From Abditibacteriota bacterium (GTDB lineage Bacteria; Armatimonadota; UBA5829): a DNA stretch of 31,049 nucleotides. The notes beneath the pieces were generated by a model. That model did not search any database. It saw only the letters and a program-made list of their open reading frames with translations, and was not told where the DNA came from. Shown in pieces: positions 18,141-25,478 of the stretch; position 1 is the stretch's first letter; each line of letters begins with the position of its first letter. Location of the stretch: NCBI GenBank assembly GCA_017958015.1, contig JAGDDM010000181.1, positions 1-31,049 on the forward strand. The letters are read 5' to 3'. The position numbers were made by a program, and so were the translations under genes.

Positions 18141-18917
18141 ATGGATTGGCTTAACGACAAGAAAAATCAACCTATAATAATCGGCGTAGTCGTGGCTCTT
18201 CTCTTGGGCGTGGGCGCGTTCTACTACTTCATGCTCAGTCCCAAAGACGAGGGCGACATGGGCGGCGAAGAATACGTGGCCGAGGAGACCATGGAGAATC
18301 CCGACGAGGGAATGACGGAAGAACAGCCCGCCGAGCAGCCGGCTCAGCCCGCGGCGAACAACAATCAGGTTGCGGCAGCTCCCGGCGAGCCCTCGAGAGA
18401 CGATCCGTTCCTGCCCATAGGCTACAAGCCTCCCAAGGCCCAGAAGAAGATTAAGCTTCCCGAGCGGCTTACGGACTTCCCCTTCGCTCCCATTCCCAAC
18501 AGATACGTTCCGGGAAAGGAAAAGGCGGAAAAGGCCATCAAGACTCCCGAGCCTCAGCAGCCGGTTCGCAGAATGGCGGGTCTTATGATTAACGACAGAG
18601 TTTTCGCCATTATCGAGACAAACGGGGAATCCCAGATTGTGCAGCCCGGCGACATGCTGAAGGACAGGCTGGCCACAGTGGAACGGATTGAGTCCGACAG
18701 GGTTATTCTGAAGACCACCTCCAAGAACCCGAGACTCATCACCGTGAGAATGGCGGCGGCGCCGCAGTCGGAAACGGAAGATTTCTACGACGCGGCCAAC
18801 AACGCTTCTTCTTCCTCCGGCAACTCCGGCGGCGCGGCAAACAACAGACTCCTCCGCAACTCCGGAATCAATATGAACGCCCCGGGCATGGCGGGATCCT
18901 TCCCGGGAAGAATGTAA
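18141..18917 (+). CDS. PilP/GspC-like assembly protein (TM anchor, RDDPF motif, beta-sandwich)
   Basis: RBS AGGAG. TM helix IIIGVVVALLLGVGAFYYFML, RDDPFLP (PilP RDPF-like motif), RMAGLMINDRVFAIIETNGESQIVQPGDML (PilP/GspC HR-like); position after pilO. Confidence 0.65.
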   Translation: MDWLNDKKNQPIIIGVVVALLLGVGAFYYFMLSPKDEGDMGGEEYVAEETMENPDEGMTEEQPAEQPAQPAANNNQVAAAPGEPSRDDPFLPIGYKPPKAQKKIKLPERLTDFPFAPIPNRYVPGKEKAEKAIKTPEPQQPVRRMAGLMINDRVFAIIETNGESQIVQPGDMLKDRLATVERIESDRVILKTTSKNPRLITVRMAAAPQSETEDFYDAANNASSSSGNSGGAANNRLLRNSGINMNAPGMAGSFPGRM

Positions 18918-18964
18918 TCACTTTATCGACTATTATACTACCATCACTTTTAGGGGGTAATACA

Positions 18965-19648
18965 ATGTTTAACGGAAAACGATGCTTCTCGCTTATTATG
19001 GCGGCCTGCGTTATGGGCGCGGCGGCCTGCGGAGCGGTTTACGCTCAGGCGGCAAAGACCACCGACGACACTCCGGTGACGCTGGATCTCAAGGACGTTG
19101 ACGTCAGAGCGGCCATCGAGTCTCTTTTCAGGGGCACCGGCAAGAACTTCTCCATCGGCCAGGATGTCAGCGGTAAGATTCCCAGCCTTTCTTTCCGCTC
19201 CATTCCTTTCAGCCAGGCTCTGAAGAACCTGCTGAAGACCGCCGGTCTGGTTTACCGTGTGGAAAACGGCATCTACATGATAAGTAAGAAGCCGGACACC
19301 TCCGCTACGGCCTACGCCACTCCGGATGTCACCGCTGCGGTTGCGGGCGTTGAGGAAACCGCCACCGAGGAGAAAATCATCGACAAAATCCCTCTCAATC
19401 ACATGGGCGCCACGGAGCTTTTGTCCATCATGAACAAGGACAGCCACGACTACGGCGACTATGATCCCTTCGATGCTTTCGGCTCCCTCATGGGTAACAG
19501 CAGCGGCAGCAGAGGCGGCGGCAGCTACGGCGGCGGCAGCAGAGGCGGCGGCTACGGCGGAAGCAGCAGAGGCGGAAGTTACGGCGGAAGCAGCAGAGGC
19601 AGTTACGGCAGCAGCCGGAGCAGCGGCAGAAGCAGCAGAAGTTGGTAA
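18965..19648 (+). CDS. Stand-alone STN (secretin/TonB N0) domain protein with Gly/Ser/Arg/Tyr repeat tail
   Basis: Signal peptide, then VTLDLKDVDVRAAIESLFRGTGKNFSIGQDVSGKIPSLSFRSIPFSQALKNLLKTAGLVYRVENGIYMISK (N0 pattern), then IDKIPLNHMGATELLSIM (start of a secretin N-domain), then a low-complexity tail. Confidence 0.8.
   Translation: MFNGKRCFSLIMAACVMGAAACGAVYAQAAKTTDDTPVTLDLKDVDVRAAIESLFRGTGKNFSIGQDVSGKIPSLSFRSIPFSQALKNLLKTAGLVYRVENGIYMISKKPDTSATAYATPDVTAAVAGVEETATEEKIIDKIPLNHMGATELLSIMNKDSHDYGDYDPFDAFGSLMGNSSGSRGGGSYGGGSRGGGYGGSSRGGSYGGSSRGSYGSSRSSGRSSRSW
19508..19612 (+). repeat. Four imperfect tandem coding repeats, SRG(G)(G/S)YG(G)(G/S)
   Basis: Units 19508-19537, 19538-19564, 19565-19591 and 19592-19612, each starting AGCAGAGGC and containing TACGGC. 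Confidence 0.9.
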
Positions 19649-19704
19649 AGAGAAAGAATACAATGTTTGGTGAAACAACTATGTTAAACTGCAGGAGGAA
19701 ACCT

Positions 19705-21456
19705 ATGCATATGGCACTCAAGGATTGGTGTAATTCACGCTTTACCGCTAAGAGTGTATTGGGCGGCGCGGTTATAACCGCCGTTCTCGCGGCCGGTCTT
19801 GTGAGCGGCGCGATGGCGGCCGGCGATAACGTTGTGCTTCAGATTCAGGACCGCCCCCTCAAGGAAGTTGTGATGCTTCTGAGTAAGCAGAGCGGCATCA
19901 ACATCATTCTGGCGGATGAAGCGAGCCTTCAGAAGAAGGTTACCGTATCCCTTAAGGATGTTTCTTTGGACACGGCTCTCGATTACGTGGTTAAGGCCGC
20001 GGGCATTACCTACTCCAAGATGGAGGACGGAACAATCATCATCGGCGGCGCCGACTCCGCGGAGCCCGTCTTTTCCGCCGACGAATTGGACGCCATAATC
20101 CCGGGCGCCGAGCCGGTTTACACCCCTGACTTCGGGGTTTCCGAGCCCATCACCACAAGCAAGATTGCTCTCACCCACTCCAAGCCCAGCGAGATTTTGA
20201 GACTCCTCGGCTGGAACGGCGAGAATCCCACCACCAACGCCGATGTTCGGCTTCCCGAGAGACTTCGCAAGCCTCAGACCGAGAGACAGCATCCTCAGAC
20301 CGGCGCCAAGGTGATAAGCGGCGGCAACGTTGTTAGCGAAGGTACCATGAACGCCCAGCCCGTTATCCCCACCATGGACCCCAGAGCCATGGATATGGGT
20401 AGCGGCAGAACCGCCGACATCTCCGCCGGCGCGGGCCAGATGGCTCCTCCTCCCGGTTACGCCAGACCCGGCGGCACCGGCACCTACGGCACTCCCGGCC
20501 AGCCCTATACCGGCGGCGCCTATTTGGGTCCCGGCGCGGCGGGCGCGACCAACAGAAACAACGCCAACAACGCCGGCAGCAACGCTTCCGGCACGGGCAG
20601 CGACAAGGAACAGTTCCTCTGGCCGGACGGCATCGACAACGCCATTCCTTTCGACCTTGACAACTCCATCATCGTCAAGGGCACCGAGAAGGGTATCGCC
20701 GAGTTCAAGAACATCATCAGAATGCTGGACATTCCTCCCAAGCAGGTTCTTATCAAGGCGGAGTTCGTTGAGGTCAGCACCCAGGACGTTAAGAGTTTCG
20801 GTATCGACTGGTCCCTTAACAGACTGAACGAGTCCTTCAGCACCGGTTTCAACCCCACCGGCAACGTTACCGTGGGCGTGACCAGCGGCAACCTTACGGC
20901 GGCCCTGAAAGCCGAGCTGACTCAGACCGTGGGCAGAACCATCAACTCCCCGATTGTTTCCACCATCAACAACCAGTACGCTTACATATCCATCAACAAC
21001 ATCATACCGTTCTTCACCAGTTCCACCTACGTGTCCGACGGTACCGCCATCAGCAACAGTGTTGTTGACTACATCGAAGTGGATACTTACCTGGAGATCC
21101 TCCCCAGAGTTAACGGCGACGGCAGTATCACCATGATGCTCCAGCCCAGAATCTCCGACGTGGGCAACTACGTTGTGGGTCCCGACGGAACCTCCGTTCC
21201 GGAAGAGAAGTATCAGGAACTCTACACCCAGCGGCGCGTTGCCAACGGTGAGACCATGGTTGTGGGCGGCTTCATCAGAAAGACCGATGCCAACAGCTAC
21301 AAGAAGATTCCGCTTCTTGCCGATCTTCCCCTCATCGGCCGCATCTTCAAGACTTACTCCAAGTCCTCCGAAGAGAGAGAATTGCTGATTTTCGTCACCC
21401 CGACGATTATCCCCGATTCCACCTACGGTACCGTGGGTTCCGGCATAGTTCCCTAA
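19705..21456 (+). CDS. pilQ: Outer-membrane secretin (PilQ/GspD family)
   Basis: RBS AGGAGG 19693-19698 favours ATG 19705 (in-frame alternatives at 19663, 19681 and 19711). N0 domain, N-domain ending DNSIIVKGTEKGIAEFKNIIRMLD, secretin core PPKQVLIKAEFVEV...SPIVSTINNQ...ILPRVNGDGSI...GETMVVGG...KIPLLADLPLIGRIFK...RELLIFVTPTII. PilQ versus GspD cannot be settled from sequence alone; pilMNOP context favours PilQ. Confidence 0.88.
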   Translation: MHMALKDWCNSRFTAKSVLGGAVITAVLAAGLVSGAMAAGDNVVLQIQDRPLKEVVMLLSKQSGINIILADEASLQKKVTVSLKDVSLDTALDYVVKAAGITYSKMEDGTIIIGGADSAEPVFSADELDAIIPGAEPVYTPDFGVSEPITTSKIALTHSKPSEILRLLGWNGENPTTNADVRLPERLRKPQTERQHPQTGAKVISGGNVVSEGTMNAQPVIPTMDPRAMDMGSGRTADISAGAGQMAPPPGYARPGGTGTYGTPGQPYTGGAYLGPGAAGATNRNNANNAGSNASGTGSDKEQFLWPDGIDNAIPFDLDNSIIVKGTEKGIAEFKNIIRMLDIPPKQVLIKAEFVEVSTQDVKSFGIDWSLNRLNESFSTGFNPTGNVTVGVTSGNLTAALKAELTQTVGRTINSPIVSTINNQYAYISINNIIPFFTSSTYVSDGTAISNSVVDYIEVDTYLEILPRVNGDGSITMMLQPRISDVGNYVVGPDGTSVPEEKYQELYTQRRVANGETMVVGGFIRKTDANSYKKIPLLADLPLIGRIFKTYSKSSEERELLIFVTPTIIPDSTYGTVGSGIVP

Positions 21457-21477
21457 ACACAGTTAACCAAACAAATC

Positions 21478-21505
21478 AAACGGCTCCCGCAAGGGGGCCG
21501 TTTTT
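21478..21505 (+). terminator. Rho-independent terminator closing the pilus locus
   Basis: AAACGGCTCCC-GCAA-GGGGGCCGTTT followed by TT: GNRA loop, one G-U pair, U tract; 21 nt after the secretin stop. Confidence 0.85.
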
Positions 21506-21579
21506 AATCGATACATAATATGACGCGTCGCCTTTCGGCGGAAACGAAGTCCCGTCGGCGCCGGAATTTCGCTTCGGGC

Positions 21580-21608
21580 TTGTAAAATTGCGAAAATAGG
21601 CGTAAAAT
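21580..21608 (+). promoter_or_regulatory. Sigma70-type promoter for the aroB operon
   Basis: TTGTAA (21580-21585), 17-nt spacer, TAAAAT (21603-21608), followed by RBS GGAGG and TTG start at 21637. Confidence 0.65.
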
Positions 21609-21636
21609 TATATATACAATTTTTCGGAGGAATCAA

Positions 21637-22728
21637 TTGGCTGATATATACGTAAATTCATCCGGCGGTGCCTACGACGTTGTTGTGGAGTCCGGCGCTT
21701 GGGACAGGGCGGCGTCCGTTATTGCCGAAAAAACCGCTCCCTCCAAGGTCATGATTATAACCGACACCAATGTTGCATCGGCCCAAGGAGCGCGGATAGA
21801 CGCTCTCAAAGAGTCAATGCTCTGCGATACATCGTCTTTCGTCATGCCCGCCGGCGAGCGATACAAAACCCTGACCACCTTGGGCGGCATAATGAGCGCC
21901 ATGGTGGAAGCGGGTCTGGATCGCCGCAGCGCCGTTTTGGCCGTGGGCGGCGGCGTGGTGGGGGACGTTGCGGGTTTCGCGGCGGCTGTCTACATGCGGG
22001 GCATCGACGTGTACCAATTCCCCACGACTTTGCTTGCCATGGTTGACTCAAGCGTGGGCGGCAAGACGGCGGTGGATTTGCCGGAGGGCAAAAACCTTGT
22101 GGGCGCCTTCAAATCTCCCCGGGGCGTTTTCGCCGACACCACCGTTTTGGAGACTCTGAACGAGCGTGAAATCCTCTGCGGGTTGGCGGAGTCCGCAAAG
22201 TATGGTATAATTTTGGATAAGGGGTACTTTGAGTACCTGAAAGCAAATGCCGGCGTGGCCACGGAAAAGGAGTGTCTCGATCGGCAGGTTTGCCGGTGCG
22301 TTGAGCTGAAGCGGGACATCGTTGCCCGGGACGAGTTCGAGGGGGGCGTAAGGGCTCTTCTCAACTACGGCCACACCGTGGGCCACGCCCTTGAGGTCCT
22401 CGGGGGCTTCGAGCGGTTCCGCCACGGCGAGGCGGTTTCCGTGGGAATGGTCACCGCGGCCCTGGTCGCCGAGGAAATCGGATTCGGCGAAAAGGGGCTG
22501 GCTTCGGAGGCCGCGGAATATCTTTCCGCGTTGAATCTTCCCACGGCCATGGGTTCGGACATGGATGCCGGCGATATAATCGACGTTATGCGCCGTGACA
22601 AAAAGAATCTCGGCGGCAGTCTGCGCATGGCTCTCCCTCGGGCGATAGGCGAGGGTGAGGTTGTGTCGGACGTGCCGGTTTCCGCCGTCAAATCGGCTAT
22701 AATGAAGCATAAATCGCTGTACGGATAA
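21637..22728 (+). CDS. aroB: 3-dehydroquinate synthase
   Basis: PAGERYKTL, LDRRSAVLAVGGGVVGDVAGFAAAVYMRGI, PTTLLAMVDSSVGGKTAVD, KNLVGAF, LNYGHTVGHALE, HGEAVSVGM and DKKN motifs; TTG start with GGAGG RBS. Confidence 0.96.
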   Translation: MADIYVNSSGGAYDVVVESGAWDRAASVIAEKTAPSKVMIITDTNVASAQGARIDALKESMLCDTSSFVMPAGERYKTLTTLGGIMSAMVEAGLDRRSAVLAVGGGVVGDVAGFAAAVYMRGIDVYQFPTTLLAMVDSSVGGKTAVDLPEGKNLVGAFKSPRGVFADTTVLETLNEREILCGLAESAKYGIILDKGYFEYLKANAGVATEKECLDRQVCRCVELKRDIVARDEFEGGVRALLNYGHTVGHALEVLGGFERFRHGEAVSVGMVTAALVAEEIGFGEKGLASEAAEYLSALNLPTAMGSDMDAGDIIDVMRRDKKNLGGSLRMALPRAIGEGEVVSDVPVSAVKSAIMKHKSLYG

Positions 22729-22746
22729 TCCTTTACGGGGTGTTTA

Positions 22747-24441
22747 ATGGAACAATCTAACAGTCATCAATACAGACTCTTGGAGCGGATAGGATCCGGT
22801 GATCTCTTCACCGTGTCCAAAGCTCGGGACAACGCGCAGAACAGGCTTGTGGCCCTCAAAATGCTCCGTCCGGAGATGCGGGGCGACAGCGTGTTCGTCA
22901 GCAACGTGCGCCGGGGCTACAACAGAGCCAAGGAACTGCGGCACCCCTGCATCGCCTCCGTTTACGGCGTCTCCGGCGAAAGCCACGAGTTTTTGGCGGT
23001 TTCGGAGTACGTTCCCGGCGGTAACATAAAGACGTATTTGCGCCACGGCGGCGCCTTCGGCATAACTCCCGCGGTGGACATCGCCTGTTCCGTGCTGGAC
23101 GCTCTGTCCTACGCCCATTCCTTGGACATTGTCCACGGCGATTTGCGGCCCCAGGACATTCTCGTCACCGCCGACGGAGATATAAAAGTTACCGACTTCG
23201 GTCTGGCGGAGGCCATCCGCAAGTCCTCCACGGTTAAGCAGCGCTACGGAATGCGCTCCGTGTACTATCAGGCTCCGGAGCTGGCCGCGGGAAATGTGGC
23301 GGACAAACGGGCGGACGTCTATTCCGTGGGCGCCATACTGTACGAGATGCTCACCGGCGTTGTGCCCTTCCCGGGGGATACGGCGGTCAGCGTTGTGCTG
23401 AAGCAGGTGGCTTCCGAGGCGGTGGAGCCCAGAGCCGTAAACGCCGCCATACCCAAGTCCCTTTCCGACGCGGTTATGAAAGCCCTGTCGAAGAACCCTG
23501 AGGACCGGTATTTCTCCGCCGGCGCCATGCTGTCGGATTTGCGGGCAATTCAGCGCTCCATGCGGGGCGGCAGGTCCGCGGATATGCCCAAGCCCACCTC
23601 CGCGCCCAAACAGTCCTCCTCCGCCCGAAGCGTCAGCGTTGAGGAAGAGGAAGAGTACTATCCCGAAAACGGCCTGAAGGCTTCCCTTTTCGGCCTCATA
23701 GCCCTCTTTGTGCTGGTGACGGTGGTAATGTTTTTTATCAGTATGAAGATGATGAACAAAACCGACGACATTATCATTCCGGACGTCATGGGCATGACAA
23801 GGGAGGAGGCCCGCAAAGCGGCGGCGGAAAAGGGCATCCAGTTCATCGACGAGGGCGAGGAGCCCAGCGAGAACTACGAGATAGGCAGAGTCTGTTCCGA
23901 GGTTCCTCCCGGGGGCACCAAGGTTGAAAAGAACAAAGCCAAGATTCAGGTGAAGTTCAGCAGCGGCGTTGACAGACGTGTGGTGCCCGACCTGGTGGGT
24001 CTCGGTTTACGGGACGCCAAGGACAACGCCGAGAGCGAAGGCTTTGAGGTGGAGGTCAAAACCCGCTACGACGACGACGTGAAGAAGGGCATGGTTATAA
24101 CCCAGACTCCGGCGGCGGACACAAGGGTGAAGCCGGACACCAAGATGACGATTTTCGTGAGCAAAGGTCCCAAGCCGGAGGAACGCCATTCTTCCTACGA
24201 CTACGACGAGGAGGAAGAGGACGATACGGCGCCGGGTCTGAAGATAGTTCACACCTCCGTGCCCTCAAGCGTGGAGGAAGCCCAGGAAGTGCGGATTGAG
24301 GTTGAGGACGCCCGGGGCACCCGTGACGAGTACAACCGCTACCACGAGCCCGGCGAGGACGTCCGTGTGGAAGTGCCCACATACGGCAAGAATCCCAAGA
24401 TAAGAGTTTACGTAGGCGGCACGCTTCAGGAACAAAACTGA
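22747..24441 (+). CDS. pknB: PknB/PrkC-like membrane Ser/Thr kinase with two PASTA domains; catalytic loop atypical
   Basis: Hanks motifs VALKML, HPCIASVY, EYVPG, HGDLRPQDILV, KVTDFGLA, YQAPE and DVYSVGAILYEMLTG; TM helix; PASTA repeats IPDVMGMTREEA and VPDLVGLGLRDA...GMVITQTPAADTRV. Confidence 0.85.
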   Translation: MEQSNSHQYRLLERIGSGDLFTVSKARDNAQNRLVALKMLRPEMRGDSVFVSNVRRGYNRAKELRHPCIASVYGVSGESHEFLAVSEYVPGGNIKTYLRHGGAFGITPAVDIACSVLDALSYAHSLDIVHGDLRPQDILVTADGDIKVTDFGLAEAIRKSSTVKQRYGMRSVYYQAPELAAGNVADKRADVYSVGAILYEMLTGVVPFPGDTAVSVVLKQVASEAVEPRAVNAAIPKSLSDAVMKALSKNPEDRYFSAGAMLSDLRAIQRSMRGGRSADMPKPTSAPKQSSSARSVSVEEEEEYYPENGLKASLFGLIALFVLVTVVMFFISMKMMNKTDDIIIPDVMGMTREEARKAAAEKGIQFIDEGEEPSENYEIGRVCSEVPPGGTKVEKNKAKIQVKFSSGVDRRVVPDLVGLGLRDAKDNAESEGFEVEVKTRYDDDVKKGMVITQTPAADTRVKPDTKMTIFVSKGPKPEERHSSYDYDEEEEDDTAPGLKIVHTSVPSSVEEAQEVRIEVEDARGTRDEYNRYHEPGEDVRVEVPTYGKNPKIRVYVGGTLQEQN

Positions 24442-24462
24442 GCGCCGCCGGGAAGGATATAA

Positions 24463-25134
24463 ATGAAACCCATAGAAATTCACCCGTCTCTTTTGGCGGC
24501 CGACTTCTCCGATTTGCGGGGAGCCATGAAAATGGCGGAGGCCGCGGGAGCGGACGCCATCCACTGCGACGTTATGGACGGCCACTACGTCCCCAATATC
24601 AGCTTCGGAGCCCCCATTATCAAGGCCATTAAGAAGCATACGGGTCTGCCTCTGCGCACCCACCTTATGATCGAGCACCCGGAGCTTTACGTGGACGATT
24701 TCGTAAACGCCGGTTCCTATGAGGTGACGGTTCACGCCGAGGCCTGCATCCACCTGAACAGGGTGGTGAACCTCATTAAGTCCAAAGGCGTCCAGGCGGG
24801 AGTCTCCCTCAATCCTTCCACGCCCCTTTGCATGATTAAACACGTGCTGAAGGATATCGACGTTCTGCTGCTTATGTCCGTGAACCCCGGTTTCGGCGGT
24901 CAGTCTTTCATTCCCGAGACCGTCGCCAAGATTCGGGAAGCCGCGGAGATGAGAGCGGCGGCGGGAGCCGATTTTTCCATCGCCGTCGACGGCGGCGTTG
25001 ACCTCAAAACCGCGCCTCTGGTGGCGGAAGCGGGAGCGGAACAACTCATCGTGGGCACCGCCTCCTTCGGCGCTCCCGACATGACCGAAGCCGTAAAGAA
25101 CATAAGAGCGGCGGCGGAAGACGCGAGAAAATAA
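24463..25134 (+). CDS. rpe: Ribulose-phosphate 3-epimerase
   Basis: PSLLAADF, IHCDVMDGHYVPNISFG, HLMI, VTVHAE, LLMSVNPGFGGQSF and VDGGV motifs. Confidence 0.97.
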   Translation: MKPIEIHPSLLAADFSDLRGAMKMAEAAGADAIHCDVMDGHYVPNISFGAPIIKAIKKHTGLPLRTHLMIEHPELYVDDFVNAGSYEVTVHAEACIHLNRVVNLIKSKGVQAGVSLNPSTPLCMIKHVLKDIDVLLLMSVNPGFGGQSFIPETVAKIREAAEMRAAAGADFSIAVDGGVDLKTAPLVAEAGAEQLIVGTASFGAPDMTEAVKNIRAAAEDARK

Positions 25135-25478
25135 TGAACGCCGGGGCTTTCTTCAACTTCTCCGCCGTGTGCGCCGGGCTTTTCGCCGCCTATTTTATAT
25201 ATGAGATTTTGAGAAAACCCCTCTACGGCACCCAGCGGCTCACCAGAACAGTCATATTCATCCTCATGGAGTCCGTATTCGGGCTGTGGATGGCCGCCGC
25301 CAAATTTCACACCGTTGAGGAGTACATGAAAATGTTCCTGTGCTTCCTGCTTTCCGTGACATTCTCCATCGCCGTGCTGATTTTGGCCGTAACCGACCTC
25401 CGGAAAGTAACGAGCGCCTACATAAGCGGCGCCAAGGAAATCTCCGACAACCTTCGGGGAAGGGGGAAACGTCAGTGA
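25134..25478 (+). CDS. Small hypothetical membrane protein (about 3 TM helices)
   Basis: Fills the rpe-ribD gap exactly, with TAATG overlap at the start and GTGA overlap at the end; three hydrophobic stretches. No family recognised. Confidence 0.7.
   Translation: MNAGAFFNFSAVCAGLFAAYFIYEILRKPLYGTQRLTRTVIFILMESVFGLWMAAAKFHTVEEYMKMFLCFLLSVTFSIAVLILAVTDLRKVTSAYISGAKEISDNLRGRGKRQ

Noticed and set aside
19508-19612. CRISPR array
   Set aside because: The units are contiguous in-frame coding repeats with no unique spacers and no cas genes.
21522-21578. GC-rich partly palindromic stretch between the terminator and the aroB promoter as an sRNA or REP element
   Set aside because: Only short imperfect stems (CGCC-tttc-GGCG; CGAAG...CTTCG), a single copy in the window and no family motif.
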